DNA of 64,000 nt, from NCBI RefSeq assembly GCF_009914755.1, contig NC_060935.1. The stretch is one strand, 5' to 3'. This document shows positions 39,789 to 54,520 of the stretch, in pieces. Positions within the stretch are counted from its first letter, which is position 1, and each line of letters begins with the position of its first letter. Position numbers and translations under genes: made by a program. The stretch comes from the human T2T-CHM13v2.0 reference genome, Homo sapiens. Under the pieces are notes generated by a model. It was given only the letters and a program-made list of their open reading frames with translations, was not told where the DNA came from and did not search any database.

Positions 39789-42700
39789 GACATGTTATCC
39801 CAAGCTCTCGGGTTATTCTGAACTCCAGCTGGCTTGAGCCAACCATAACATTTAGAAGCAACTAGAAACTACAATCCAATTTAAGGTGTTTAATTTTCTC
39901 TGTGTCCAGGGATGGGAAATAAAAGAATCTGCTTGCAGCTTTTCTGTGAGATGTTGCATCTGGTGGTTTTCTGAGACCTTTTCAGCAGAGGAAAAATGCT
40001 GGTCCCCAGACCCCCTTCTCCTCACATCTCTCTAACTGTGTGGGCAAAGACGAGGTTGCTTTACCCAAAACTGTGGTGTCCAATGTTTTTAATTAATTTC
40101 CTTATGGCTAGCTGAGAACGGCCATGATACTAACAGTGAGCTGAGATTACTCAGACCTCTAGGTCCAAGGCCTTTGGGGAGAACCACATACCCAGTCTAT
40201 CATGTGCTTCAATAACACACATTAACCTGTACACATTAACCTGCCTGGTCTGCCTTCACTGGTAATTTTAGCAAAGTTTCCAGCCCTTTAACCGTGGATA
40301 CATATTTTTTAAAGTCTCAAATAGCAGTGATGCCTGTTCTAGGCAATTGCTAGGGACCCTTCCTTGCTTTCTCTTCCTCCTCTTTGTCTCTGCTCCCCTG
40401 AGCCCAGATTTCTGACTTCCTCTCTTTTCTGGCTCCTCTCATTTAGTAATCCCCCATCTGTCTCCTTCCTGACTCTGTGGACTCTGGCTCAGCCCTCCAC
40501 TGTTACCCCTCCAGTTCTGAAGTCTCCTGCCATGTCCAGTGAGGACATTGTGTAGTATCATCTGATTTAGGCCCCAGCACTCCTGAGAGATGTGGCTGAA
40601 TCACTGAGCACTGAAATGGTACGGTGGTCATTTTCCAAAGCAATGCTGGCTGGAGTTAACCCTTGAAATTAACCTTTATCCATCAGTGATTTTAAACCCC
40701 GAAGGTAGAGATGGAAAAACAACACAACCTAGTGATTAAGGCATTCATTTTAAAACCAGTCAGGCTGGTTCTAATCTTGAGTGGTCCTGGGTAAGGAGGG
40801 AGTTATTTATTCTAATTTCCTCCAGGTTTCTAATTTACAAAATGGGGATAACAGCATGGACCTCACAGGGATCGTACAACAATTAATAATACACACAAGT
40901 GATTGCCAAATAGCATACAATAAATGGAAGTTCCTTTTGGATGAAATTCTTGGCCTCAGAAGACCACCTAGATAAACATATATATTAAGACCACATAAAC
41001 ACTTACTCCACCGTACAACAATGGGTCTGCTTTATGGAATAAAGCACCTGCTTCTGTTGCCCAAGAGTGTACATCATTACACCAAATCTCAGACGTCCCA
41101 GACCTTGACAGGTCAATGTTGACAGGTCAAATCCCCATCTTCAGGATGCTCACTCCTTCCTCAGGAGTCTGCCTCAACGGCACCTCCTGTGTGAAGCCCC
41201 ACCTAACTTCCGCAGGTGGAGTGGTTGCTCCCTTCTGCTGCTCTCGCAATGCATCAGGATCTTTCAGCCTTGCGTTTTGACCCTGAGCAGGTTGTGCCGT
41301 TTAGCACATTAACCTGAATTATGCTCAGTGATGAATTTTCACTCAGAAACTCTTTTTTGAGTAAATGTCACTAAGCCAATTTGATTCTCTTCATCGATTT
41401 TCTATAGACCAAATTAAAATATTTCCGTCTATACTAATTTTCTAGTTTTATTTTAGCAGAATTATTTTCACTGGGGTTAACACTTTTTTGCATTGATTTT
41501 ACAACTAAGATAGGGTTCTTCTATCAGTATGCTTTTATCCATAACACATTTTATAATTATGGCCTCCATCACAGGGTTTTTCTTGGTGGTAATGATTTCC
41601 ACCAAGTTTAGTTTTCCTGAATCAAATTTTGCAAATGTAAATCATGTTAATATTCATTTCTTCAGGAAACTTTTTAGCTTTTATAGTTTTTGCTATGCTC
41701 ATTTTTATTTGTTGCTTTAGCTTGAGTTGATTGTCTTTACCATTACTCATTGATTGGAGAAAAAAAAGTAATTGTTTGCATTTTTTGATTTGTAAATAAC
41801 AATTTCTAAAAAAATACCACATAAAAGGTGTAGCAGGTTGAGTTGTGTACTTGTTACTGTTGCCATTGGTAGATCAAAGAACACAGAAAGTCCTCAAAGT
41901 CAAAATGGAGGGAGGGGTCAAACATTCTGTTTAAGCTCATGACTTTTTCTACAATCTGAGATGAGTACTCAGAACATGGTAAGGTGGTTGTCTCTCCAGC
42001 TAGGCTGAGAGCCACTCAAAGGCAGGGGCTGTCATTCATCTCCAATTTCCCAGCAGGGGGAAAGTGAATGTTTGAAGGATGAATGAATGAATAAATAATG
42101 AACCCACCTGGAAGTGATGAGAAATTTTGTCAGATTTCTTACTGAAGACCACAACGCTATGCCTTCTTAGACCAGGCATAAATGGCTTCTGAAGCCACCT
42201 TTCTTGGGTTCAAATCGCATCTTTACCACTTACCAGTCATGTAACCTTGAGCAAGTTATATCACCTCTCTCTGTGCTTCAGTATATCCATCTGTAAGTGG
42301 AGATAGTAGTAGTACCTACATTTCAAGGTACTGCAAGGATTAAGTGAATTAATACATGTAAAGCACTTAGGACAGTATCTCACATATAATACCTGTCATA
42401 TTACTATTAATCATTAGTATTACAGTCATAAAGTTTATCTATCTTTCTATCTATCTTTCTAGTGATATTTGAAGATGTCCTAACACAGGGAGCTCACTGT
42501 ATCATTAGCATCTTTTTTATGGTTCTAATTTATGTTTCTGATATTGAGTAACTACATCTCTTACAGCTTATACTCACTGTTTATAGCTCTGACTTTCTGA
42601 GGCATACAGAATATATTTTCTTATATGTGACTGGTCTGTAAATTCAAAGCCTGCTCTTTCAGCACATACTAGGCTCCAAGCACATTATGAAAATTAAACA

Positions 42701-42859
42701 GCCATAAATCCTGACATCACGTGTTTTAAAGTCCAGCACGAAAGAAGAGGGAAAGATGATACTTGTGTCTTGCCTAGATCTTCCCCTCCTTTGAATCCAA
42801 GACCTTTATGCATTAGTTTGCTAGGCTAAATTCACCCTGTGGACTTACAAACATAAAGC

Positions 42860-45800
42860 CTATAAAAATGAAATTGTGTGATATTAGTACATAAATAGAC
42901 CAACAGATCAATGAAACCAAAATAGAAAATCCAGAAACAGACCCAAAAGTATGTGGCAATTTATTGTACAATAAAGGTAGTTTTGCAAAACAGTGAGGAA
43001 AGATATTATTTTGAATAGAAGGTGTTACGATAACTGGTTGACCATATAGAAAAATAAGACATTGGATCCATTCCTCACACCAAACTGCAGGATCAATTCT
43101 GAATGAATCGGAGACTAAAATGTAAAAAATATAGTCATGTAAGTATTAGAAGAAAACATAAGTGAATTTCTTTATAACCTGAGAGTGGGTAAGATTTTCT
43201 ATGATTAAAATCTGGAAGCAAGAAGAAAAAAAGTTTGCTTACATTAAACAGAAAAAACACGAAAAAAGCAGCCTTTGGATGGCAAAACAAACAAACAAAC
43301 AAACACGAGAAGTAAAATCAAGACAAGTAATAAACTGGGAGAAAATACTTGCAATTTGTATGATGGGCAAAGTATTACCATCTCTAATGTGTAAAGATAT
43401 TCTAAAAATAGAGAGAAGACTAACAACCCTATAGGAAAGTGGGCCAAAGATACGAACAGCTTACAGAAAAAAGAAATGCAAATAGCCTTAATCATATGAA
43501 AATCTCTTCAACCTAGTTCTTAATAAGAGAAATGCAAATTAAAACTACCCTGAAAGGCCTTTCTCATCGGTCAGATTGGTTAAAAAAAATATTCCACAAC
43601 ATACTTTGTTGGTATGGCTGTGAGAAGACAGGCACCTTCATCATTCCTGGTGGGAAAAATATTACCCCTCTGAAATACTACCCCTCTGGAGGGATATTTG
43701 ATGATGTCTAGCAAAGTTACGTATGCATTTACCCTTTGACTTCGCAATTCCATTTCTAGGAATCTATCCAAAAGATAACCAATAAAAATATGAAAAAAGT
43801 ATGCAAAAGACTATTAATTATAGCACTATGCTCTCAAAAGGAAATTGGTAGAACAAACTATAAAATGTTTACGCATTTGAGTAGTATGCAACCGTAAGAA
43901 AGGAATGAGGAATATCTCTATATACTGTTATAGAACAATCTTCAGAAAAAAGTGAGATAATAAAAATGTGCATAGTATACTACCATTTATCTAAGAAAGG
44001 GGACCTGCGAATATATATTCACATTTTCTTGCCTTTTTTCAAAGTATTAAGTAAAACAAACAAAAATAAATGTTTACATTGGAAATAGAAAACAGGATGA
44101 AGAGAACAACGCTGAAAGTTCCTTATTTTGTAGATTTGACTTTGGACTGTATATTTACCTCATTTTTATAAACTAAATAAAAATTTATATGACTATAAAC
44201 ATTTAAATATAAAAGTCAGAAGCAAAATGAAACAACTGATCATACTTCTTAGGTTGGTAGGACAACCGTACAGAGAGGAACACTTCTAGATAAGTGTGGA
44301 TAATAGGAATTTGACTGTACATCCTAGTGGGATAAAATCTAAAGAAGAAATGCAAAATAAATTAAACCATTTATCATATCATTGGTGGTAGCATTGTCAT
44401 TAATATGCTGAAACAGTCTTGAGCATTCTGGGGAATAAAATAAACAGGTACCTATGTTGTTGTCATTAAGAACCAGAAATTTTGTCATGAAAGAAAGGAA
44501 ATATGGATGTAAAATTGATGAAGTAAAATTCTGTTGTCCTAAGTTTGAATGAGAAAGATCATCATGAATGCCTGAAATATTTTAGCTCTATAATAATAAT
44601 AACAATAATAATTTCTAGCTCTGACTACTGAAAAGACCTAGAAACATGGACCAACCCAGTAGCAATGAGCATGCCCAGTGCCCAGATTGTGGTTTTAAAT
44701 ACCATTTCTCACTCACAGTAAGCTGGGTTCCTTAGGGAAGTAGCTAATTACAAGTCTGGAGCAGGAAATGTGTAAGATGAGCCTGGAACCCTCCTCATGG
44801 CAGGGAAGCCATTAAAGAGTCAAAAGGACCCATGGACAAATGTCAACAGGCTCCCAATGGACAAAGGTGGAAAATTTACAAGTCAATAAGGATATTAAAT
44901 GTATGTAAGGATAATTAATTGAAATACATCAAATATGTTTAAACCCATAAGTTCACAGGGATAGTAAAAAACTAATTGGTCCCCTTTGGAGGGTGGTTGA
45001 GAATCAATTCATTATTTTGAAAGCTATTATAGAAAGAACTATTTATCCTGACTTTTCCAAATGAATTTATTTGTACTTCTGGGCAACCAAGGAATGGATT
45101 ATTGTAAATGTCTCTACAAGAAGTATTTCAGTTAATAAATGAGGAAAGAGAAATAAAATTAAAATATTACTATTTGGTAACCCCTAAGGAATTACTGAAT
45201 CTAGGCAATAATCAGCAATGATGGTTAGCATCACAAATGGGAACACAAGTAGACATCGTGTACCTCATGATGGAGGAACACACATACTGTCTATGAAATA
45301 TTCTTGCTACAAAATTAAGCCTAAGTCTCTAGATTTAACTACCAATTTAGATGAAATGTATGGGACAGAAGGACCTGTTAAATGACATCAGGGGAATGTA
45401 ATCAAGAAAATCTAGACTGTGAGAATCTCTGCAGGAAAAATGACCTGATCTCTTCAAAAACGAAATTACAAGAGGGGGGGAAAAAGAGATGGAGAAAGAT
45501 ATTCAGTAGATTATGGAGACTGGAAAGACAAATTAACCAACTGAATCTTGATTCAAGCAAAGAAATTGTATATCAAAACAAAAACTTATGAGAGAATTAG
45601 AAAAATGTGTATACTAGAATATTTGACAGTATTACAGTATTCTTTTCAACTCTTTTAGGACTGAAAATAGCATTGTGGCCATGGTTCTTTAAAAGTCCTT
45701 ATCTATTTTGGATACATACTGAAATATTTTTGATGAAATGATATGATGTCTGGGATTTCCCTCAAAATAACTAGAGTTAGGTGGGGGATTAGGCAGAGGT

Positions 45801-45926
45801 AAAGATGAAACCAAATTGGCCATAAGTTGACAATACTGAAACAAGGTAACAACTGCAACGGGATTTATTTTACTATCTCACTGTTTTTGTATATATTCGA
45901 TATTGTCCATAATAAAGAGTTTTTTC
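42860..45926 (+). mobile_element. Old L1M (L1MC/ME-like) ORF2 end and long 3'UTR
   Basis: atagaccaacagatcaatgaaac, gaaatgcaaattaaaactac and gcaattccatttctaggaatctatcc, ending attgtccataataaagag. Heavily degenerate. Confidence 0.75.
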
Positions 45927-46649
45927 TCTTTTTTCCTTAATTTTTTTTCATTATTTCTTCTAAAAATGGGATACGAGTGCAGAACATGCAGGTTTGTTCC
46001 ATAGGTATACATGTGCCATGGTGGTTTGCTGCACCTATGGACCCATCCTTTAAGTTCCCTTCCCTCAACCCCCAACCCCCTACAGGCCTTCATGTGTGTT
46101 GTTCCCTTCTCTGTGTCCATGTGTTCTCAGTGTTCATCTTCCACTTATGGGTGAGAACATGTGGTGTTTGGTTTTCTGTTCCTGTGTTAGTTTGCTGAGG
46201 ATGATGGCTTCCAGCTTCATCCATGTCCCCACAAAGGACGGGTTCTCATTCCTTTTTATGGCTGCATAGTATTCCATGGTGTATATGTACCACATTTTCT
46301 TTATCCAGGCTATCATTGACAGGCATTTGGGTTGGTTCCATGTCTTTGTTATTGTAAATAGTGCTGCAATAAACATACATGTACATGAGTCTTTATAGTA
46401 GAAAGATTTATATTCCTTTGGGTATATGCTCAGTAATGGGGTTGCTGGATCAAATGGTGTTTCTGGTTGTAAACCCTCAAGGAATCACCATACTGTCTTC
46501 CACAATGGTTGAACTAATTTACATTCCCAGTGTATAAGCATTCCTATTTCTCCACAGCCTCACAAGCATCTATTGTTTCCTGACTTTTTAATAATCACCA
46601 TTCTGACTGGTGTGAGATGGTATCTCATTGTGGTTTTGATTTGCATTTC
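45927..46649 (-). mobile_element. 5'-truncated older L1PA element inserted at the tail of the L1M
   Basis: ORF 46134..46376 matches the L1 ORF2 C-terminus (MFIAALFTITKTWNQPKC...), followed by an L1PA 3'UTR. TSD aataaagagttttttc (45911-45926) and aatagagagttttttc (46650-46665). Confidence 0.9.
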
Positions 46650-48949
46650 AATAGAGAGTTTTTTCAAGTCTCATTTATGATAAAGTATCTGGAATATGAA
46701 GAACAATACCTATATAGTATATTACTTGTTTTAGAGGACAGACAAACCCAGGTTCAAACTCCATTTCCCATAAGAGGAACTCTGTCATGTGTAATTCTTG
46801 GAACTGTAGAAACTGAAAAGAGCTATATGATCTGTCACTGTCCCCTCGAAGCAAAGGTATGTACATAAACCTAGATTTAGCTAATTGTGTGCTGTCACTC
46901 AGGACTTCCAATCTTTGTGAATGTCACCGAAACCCAAGCAACAGTGCCCAGTACCCAGTGGTAGGACCATCTAGTCATGGCAGTAGGGTCAGAGGTATTG
47001 TCCCAAATACGCTATTATGACCATGTGGCTCTGGCTGTAGTTTCTGCTGTTTAGCCTCTCTTGGCTTTTGCTTGTTTTCTGAATCAGCTTCTTTGAAAAG
47101 CAAATTAATTCTTTGAGATACCCATGTCCTTCCAATAAATTTCTTTTCTCTTTAAGTTAGGTTGAGTCAGTTTTCTTAGCTTGCAACACAGGTTCCTGAG
47201 TGTCATTTGAATAAAAAGTTAAGCACGACTATAATACATATAAATTAATGTGTGCCTTAAAAAATAAAGCACTACATAAAATGTGTGGTAGTATTTTTAT
47301 GTACATATGCATCTACATGTATAATAGATATGATGATATGCTTGTATAGAGAACTGTATGAAGTAATTAATTTCTTCTTGTTATCTTTACTGTTAAAAAT
47401 AATGATTAGAATAATGAGATAATAAGGCATAAGAATGAATTAACTCCTTGACCAACATAAACATTTTTAATCATATAACATCTATTAGGATAATACTATC
47501 TGGCTTGCCTTCAGCATTTGATTGCTGTGAGCAATAAATAGGATAATTGTAGGGAAAGAATTCGAAAATATAGATGAAAGGTACTGCCATTGTTATTTAG
47601 CTGATATAGAAGCAGCAGACAAAGCCAGTGTAGGGGGTAAGGGGATTTTTGATATCTAGTGACTTTGTAATTTGTGAAGTATACTCCTTCTATTGTGTCC
47701 ACACCTTCTTTGCTTCTTTCATCCCTCATGCTCTGTAGAATAGCTATTGGTATTTTGCCAGGGCATGTATAGGTATTAGGTTCTCCATGATTGAGGAAAA
47801 AACCTAGGAGAGGGGATGAAAACTGGCAGACTAGGACAACAGAAAGATTTAATGAGTTTAGAATAAAGTCACTGTCCAAGGTACTGAGAAATCTCAGATC
47901 CATATTTCTGCTTTAATAAGCTATTCTCTAAGGCTAGCCAGATAAGGAAACCTTAAATGATCCTTGGTGCTCCCAAGGTCCAAAGTGGAGCCAGTCAGCT
48001 TCACTTCCTCCTGTCCTAGATGTAACTCAGCTACACAGGGAGAGGGACAGAATCACTCACAGCGAGGGATTCTACTCCCAATCAGATCTTGTGATGAGGC
48101 TTAGAAGAAGCAGTTAAAAGGGGCAAGCTGGCACTAGGGAATGAAGAATAACAACAATCATCCAGTCCTAGGAGCAGATAGTAAAAGGTCATCCTGGAGG
48201 ATGAGATATCTGTGTAAGTGTCATTATAACAGTAGACCATATTCTAAAGAGGCAAATGATTACGAATATCCCAAGATATTCTAAAATGCCAGTAAGAAAC
48301 CCCAAGTGGGTAAAGCTTAGATATTCAGAGAAGGAGTCAGTGACTTGCAGATATGTTCAAGTGGGTGTCTTTCCAACAGCAAGGCCTTTCTGGGAGACTC
48401 TCTTTTCTGTAATACATTTCTAACAGCTCAATCCAGTCAGGAGTGATTCACAGTTGGGGCAAGATGGAGAGGAGAGGGGTCTTTTCTCTGGTTGCCTGCT
48501 CTGGACACCACGGTGGGGCACTGGCTGTGGTTGTAGTGGCATTCTTCCTCACCACCCCCTACTTCTTTGGTTTCCATTCCAGAAAGGTGAAGACAGCCAA
48601 GATTCATATTAAAGAAGTGAATTGAATTTAAAGCATAATAAATAGGCTAGGCTTTCTAATCAGTTTCTCCATGTCCGTTCCATACAACTGAGAAGTTGCC
48701 TATTTCAGTATCAGAAATTTAACAAGTCTTACATTTTCCATAGAAATCTTTGCATACATGTATGTACTTTTTGTCTTATTGAATAAGCATACAGCATACA
48801 ATGGAGGCCTTTTTTTATGACTTGGGACTGTTACTAAGATCATTAACAACTGTGCCATACTGTGTTGTGCTATAAACCTAGGATCTGCCTGAATGTTTAG
48901 CTCTAGAAGAAAGAGATACAAGCTGCTGTGCTGCTGGACACCTGTAACC

Positions 48950-49920
48950 TATTCCGTAGTCTTTAGGTTCAAATAGTTTTTGAAGGATGTTTTTATTGGG
49001 CATACACTTATAGGTTGACAATTATTTTCTCTCAGTGTATTGAAGACATTATATCATAATCTTCTGGGTCCCATTGTTACAGTTGAAAAGTCAGCTGTTA
49101 TTCTAATTATTATTGACTTAGGTCATCTATCTTTTCTCTTTGACTGCTGTAAGATCTTTTATTTGTCTTTGATATTCTGTAGTTCCTCTATGGTATATCT
49201 AAATGGGGATATCTTTATATTTACCTCACTTTGGATGGCATGACTTCTTAAATCTGAGGATTGGTGTCTTTTATCAGTTTGGGAAAATTTTAAGCCATCA
49301 TTTATTTAAATATGTTTTTTGCCTAACCCTCCATACTGTTTTCTCAGAAAATAGAAATCCTCTCTGGAGAAAGAGGATCATCTCCATTTGGAATTATAAG
49401 ATACTAAATCCACAATCTCAATTCTACATGTCTTTCAACATTTTTTCACAATTTTTTCTGGGCCCTTTGGGCTGATTTTGAGTGATTTCTTTAGATCTAT
49501 TTTCCAGTTTCTTAATTTTATTCCTTTAATAATGTTCATGTAGCCGTTCTGCCCATCTGTTGAGCTTTTGTCTTTCTTACATTTTTCATGTTTGAAATTC
49601 CATTTTTATCCTACTATGACTGATTATTTTTATAGTGTCTTGCTTCTTATTCATATTTTCAATCTCTTCTTTTTCTAAGTATATAATATAACCTACTTTA
49701 TATTCCGTGTCTGATGGATTCAACAGCTGGAGACTTTGTGGGTCAGGTTTGCCTGTCCGCTGATTTTGCTGCTGTTTCCTCTTGTTGCTTTCTTTTTCCC
49801 TTGTCTGTTTTGTGATGTTTTTAAAACTGTGAATTCATATTCCTTAAAACTCTCCCTGTGGGAATTGTGTGGCCTGGGTTAAAAGGCTCTTTCTCCAGAG
49901 AGGATTTCTACTTTATACTG
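48950..49920 (-). mobile_element. Degenerate L1M internal fragment
   Basis: T-rich antisense L1 motifs (gttgaaaagtcagctgttattctaatt, tttgggaaaattttaagccat, tccagtttcttaatt). Confidence 0.6.
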
Positions 49921-50094
49921 AGAAAACAGGCCTTTGGAGTCCCAGCTTTATGGGAAGTAAGGCAAGCCTTAGGCTTTCTGTTCTCTGTATTCTATGAAGT
50001 TGAGAAAACATAAACTTAAGTGTCACCAGATTCTCCATGTAGAATAGCCTCAACCTTTCTCCAGGTTCCAACTTTGGCTTACTTTTTTGGTCCC

Positions 50095-50540
50095 TGTGTA
50101 GGTTTCCCGGGCCTCTTATAACAAAGTATCACAATCTGGATCACCTAAAACAGCATAAATTTATTCTCTCACAGTTCTGGAGGCCAGAAGTCTGAAATCA
50201 ACATATTGACTGGGCTATGTTCCCTCCCAACCCTCTAGGGAAGGATCCTTCTTTGCCTGTTCCAGCTTTCGATAGCCCCAGGTGTTCCTGAGCTTTTGAC
50301 ATCATAACTCCAATCTCTACCTCCACCTTCTCATGGCTGTCTTTCCTTTACGTCTTCCTGTGACCAAATTCTCCTCTTCTTATAAGGACATCAGTCTCGT
50401 TGGATTAGGGCCCACCCTAATCCAGCACAATTTTGTCTTAACTTGATTACATCTGCAAGGACCTCTGGTTTCAAATGAGATCACATTCACAAGAGGTTAG
50501 GACATATTGGGGCTGGGGGCACTCAATTCAAACCATAATA
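50095..50540 (-). mobile_element. MaLR solo LTR (MLT1B/C-like)
   Basis: atttattctctcacagttctggaggccagaagtctgaaatcaa, cttataaggacatcagt, ggattagggcccaccctaatccag, caattcaaaccataa. Confidence 0.85.
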
Positions 50541-53434
50541 GTCTCCAACAATTTCAATCCCTTGCCAGCCCTTAAATGTTTTCTTATGCATTCTAGCACT
50601 TTCACAGTTATCATTTATATAATCTTTCTGTTTTCTATTCAGTGTCAGCTCTTATTTCTCACTCATTTCGTTGTGCTTGGCCATAGTAGCTCCTTCCTTT
50701 TTCTCATTGTGTTGCCGACTTACAAATCAGAAAAAAAAAAGAGCATGAAATAAGAAGAAGGCTTTAAATAGGGACTCAGTAGACATAATTGTGAATAAAG
50801 TAGAAGATAATTACTGCATGGCTGTTGCAATATCTTTTTTGAGACGGTGCTCAAAGTACTTTTATCCCTAGATCACTGTGATATATCTGTCTAGTCCTTG
50901 AATCATAAAGATCTGGGGCTGAATCCTTTCTCTACCTCTTACGAGGTACATGACCTTGAGATATATGTAAGCCCCTAATTTCACAGTATCTTATGGAAAA
51001 AAAAAACCACTATTACAATAATAGTCTTTTTAGGGTGTTTCGTGGATGGATGACATAAGTGCCAGTAAAACCCATGGCACAAAGCAGGCATTTAGTAATT
51101 GCGCAAACAACTTTCTTTCTGTGTTCCAGATAGGTAAGGACTTTGAATAATCTGCCTCTGCTTAAGAGAAGGGTGAAAAGTGATCTTTCATGTTGATACA
51201 CAATCGTATGGTGTAATTAGGGCAAGTGTGCTGCTTTATAGAGGAAACTGAACCATTGAAAAGTTAACTCATCAAACACGAAAGAAAGACAAATACTAAT
51301 AACCATACAAAAGGAGAAAATCTGTTTTGCTGACGATCAGTGGTTCCGTAACCCTTAAAGGGGGAACTGAAATTCAAATGAACTCATCCCTCCCATTTGT
51401 ACTTAGTTTTGCAAGTTAACAGCTTGTTGGTTCTCTGTTTTAAATGCCACCCTTTCTTCAACTCCAATGACACTTCATTTCTGTCAACTGAGAGAGAAGA
51501 GATGGAGGAAAAAAAAAAAAACCAGATATCATTGCCAACTGTATTTCAAACTCTGTACACGAAACCACCCAGAGACATTTTAACTTGCATTTGAGAGCCT
51601 CACCCAGGCCCACACTCCAGAATAGCTTTATAACTTTATAATCTAAGGAAGGAAAAGCCAGAAATCTCCACTCTGTGACTGACTCACACACATGCTGGAA
51701 GCAGAGTTCACAAATCTAATTCCTTTCTCCATTCCTGCACATTTTTACCCAGAGAACACAAGCGAATGGAGGCGGTCCAACCCACTCAGACAATTCCTGA
51801 CAGCAGCTCCTCGTGAAAAATATTATGTTTGGGGTGAGCATTTATCCAGGAGCAGTGCTGAAATGAGATGGTGAGGATACAAATGGGGAATAAATGGCCA
51901 ATGTAGAGAGAGCTGCAGAAACGAGGGTGATTATGCAGGGGCTGTCCTCTATGAATACATTAGCTCCCCAATAAGCCCACGCATTTTGACTGCTTCCAAA
52001 GCAATTTCTCAGGGTTTCAATGAATACAGATGTCTGGAAGTGTTTTCTAAGCTCGGCTTCAGACAGACTGCTCATGTCGCCAGTCCTCAAAGCCCTAGCA
52101 TTAAGTCTGGGTGGTGAGTCGGGCCCCACACAGTACCTGTCAGGTCATTGCAGGCATTGTGAGATGCTCACTGTGGGTGTCCAATCTCCCCTTTAGGTCA
52201 GGGGCAAGGGCCGTCCAGGGCCAGTTGCCTGCCTGGTGGGGTAGGAGATTGAAGGAGGTTAGAGGTGAGAGGAGGGTGCATCCAAGCTGCAATCCTTCAG
52301 TGGGAATTGAGTATCAGGAATTGGAGACATCAGATGCAGACACTAAGGCCAAAGATGCCAGAGTAGGGCCAGTAGGTGGGACCAGACAGATGAGGTCTGC
52401 ATGGATGTGTGAATAGGCTGGCAGTGAGGTGGAGCATCTCAGATAATCCCTACGGACACCAGTAGGCACAGGGTTCTCTCCAAGCATCGGCAAGCCTGTA
52501 GAGTGTGGGGGTGGCTGGCTGCTGAGGGTTCCCCACGGAGAAGACAGTGGGGGCCATCGTGGGGAGGACATCCTGCAGCTCTAATACTGGGTCTGCCAAG
52601 GATACTCCCTGGTCCTAGAGGTGGGCAGGCTTCCTTCTAGGACAAGATCCTTTGTTGTATCCATCATCACATTCCTGCCTAACACCAGGGGACCTAACAG
52701 GAACCTCAGATAAGAAAGAGGGCTTCATCATAGATTTATGTTTTCACCGGCCAAGGGGGAAGAGCCAGAAAGCCTAGGAATTGTTCCTGTAGGATGAGAA
52801 ATAACATAGAGCCTCTTGGGGATCCATGCCATGAGCTGATTGCTGGAAAAAACTCTGTACTTTGAGGCAGGAGAATGGCGTGAGGCAGGAATGGGCTGTG
52901 GGTCTGGCTAGCACCTGGGATCAGAAAGCAGCCTGCAGTGAGCCTGGCTGCATCTTGCTGTTTATACACCCTGAGTTTATTTCTCTGGGCTATCTCTTAA
53001 CAAAGTCTTTGGGAATGTTCTATGGGCCACTGTGGAGAAGACAGAGACTGTCAAAGTGAGAAATCCCAAGGGGAGCTGACTCAGGGTCACTCTTGTCCAG
53101 CCACTCTCGATGCCTGTTATTGCTTCCTAGAGCACACCTTTGCTCACTCTGATGGGCCTCAGTTTGATTTTAAAAGAGGCTGTTCCCTTGAGTTGGCAGC
53201 TTAACCTCTCCCATGCTCCCTCCCCCAGCCAAGCTGGTTCTGAAGTCCTCTTCTTCCTGAAAAGTCAAGAGGCTCCACCCTGTGTCTTCCCAATCCCAAT
53301 CACACACAGGATTCAGGACTGGACATTCAGAATCAGTCTGTGACCCTCAACCTTAAACCCCATTTCTCCACCCCCAGACTCATTCACCCTGGTGGGAGCT
53401 GAGCCGAGCAGTTTGAGTGAGAAACCCCACTCAC

Positions 53435-53549
53435 CCTGATCCCAAGCTCCACATTCTCGCCCCCGTAGACTTCCATGCCTTCGTCCAGCAGGCCGATCTC
53501 CTGGAAGTACTGCCGGTCCACAATGAAGCAGCCAATGAGGGCAGGGCTC
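53435..53549 (-). CDS. GALNT18: GALNT18 coding exon (probably exon 6), Gal/GalNAc-T motif
   Basis: Acceptor ccctgcccctgcag, donor gtgagt. Translates SPALIGCFIVDRQYFQEIGLLDEGMEVYGGENVELGIR. Confidence 0.95.
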
Positions 53550-53959
53550 CTGCAGGGGCAGGGGAGAGCAGAAGGGCTGTCTGGTGCAGCTGTCCGAGGA
53601 GTAAGAGCAGTAAGGCCTTCCTATCAGGAGGGTCTGGTTCTCTTCCTTCCTTTGCTGCCAGAGCCAGTGTGAGCCTTGTTCTTGGAGTGGCCCCTGGGTC
53701 TGGCCTCACCCAACCACTCCAGAAAGGCTGTTTCATCCGGGCAGTGGGTAGACAGCTGCCATCCTGGGATCAGCTATTAGTGGGGTGGTGCTTGTGTGTG
53801 TGTTAGCTTTGAGAATTGGTGCTCAGCCTGCCAGTCTAGGTTGACTGTATCTCCCGCTGCCCTGACCCTGACCTCTGCACAGCCAGTCTCTGTTCCTGCT
53901 TGGGAATGCATACCAGCTTTCTTACCCTTCCCCAACTTGGAATCTGTATGTCATCCTTG

Positions 53960-54520
53960 GTCTACTTAGAAAGATTAGCTGGGACCAGGTTGCAAAGGGT
54001 TTTGGGTAGCAGGGTAAAAAATTTGAATTTTATCTTCAGGTAAATAGGTGTCCATGAGGAATTTTAAGCAGGACAGTGATGTCAGCAGATCTGTGTTTTT
54101 TTCAAAAGAATAGTTAGGCAGCTGTGGGTGAGTGACCAGAGGGTAAGGGGTGGGAATTGAGGGGCCCAGCTGGGAAGCTCATTGCTGTATCCAGGTGAAA
54201 AATGATGGAGAGCTGAGTCAGAGTATCAGGAACAGAGATAGGAATTTTTTAAAGACATATTTTGATGTAAAATCAGCCCAACTTCAAAATAGATGAACTA
54301 CACAAGGGTGAGAAAGGGAGAGGAATCTGGATGCCATCTGGCTTTCTGGCTCAGGTGACAGTGGGTTGGAGACCACTCATCAATACAGGGGCACAGGAGA
54401 AGAAGCTGGTTTCAAAAGAAAGAAGCATTGGTGGTGGAAAAACTGACCTTAAGGTACCTGTGTGACACACGAGGAGATAGCCAACAGGCAGAGCTTAGGT
54501 ACATGGCCTGGGTCTGGAAT
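53960..54520 (-). mobile_element. Degenerate L2 fragment
   Basis: gaattttaagcaggacagtgatgtcagcagatctgtgttt and gctgtatccaggtgaaaaatgatgg motifs. Boundaries are approximate. Confidence 0.6.
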
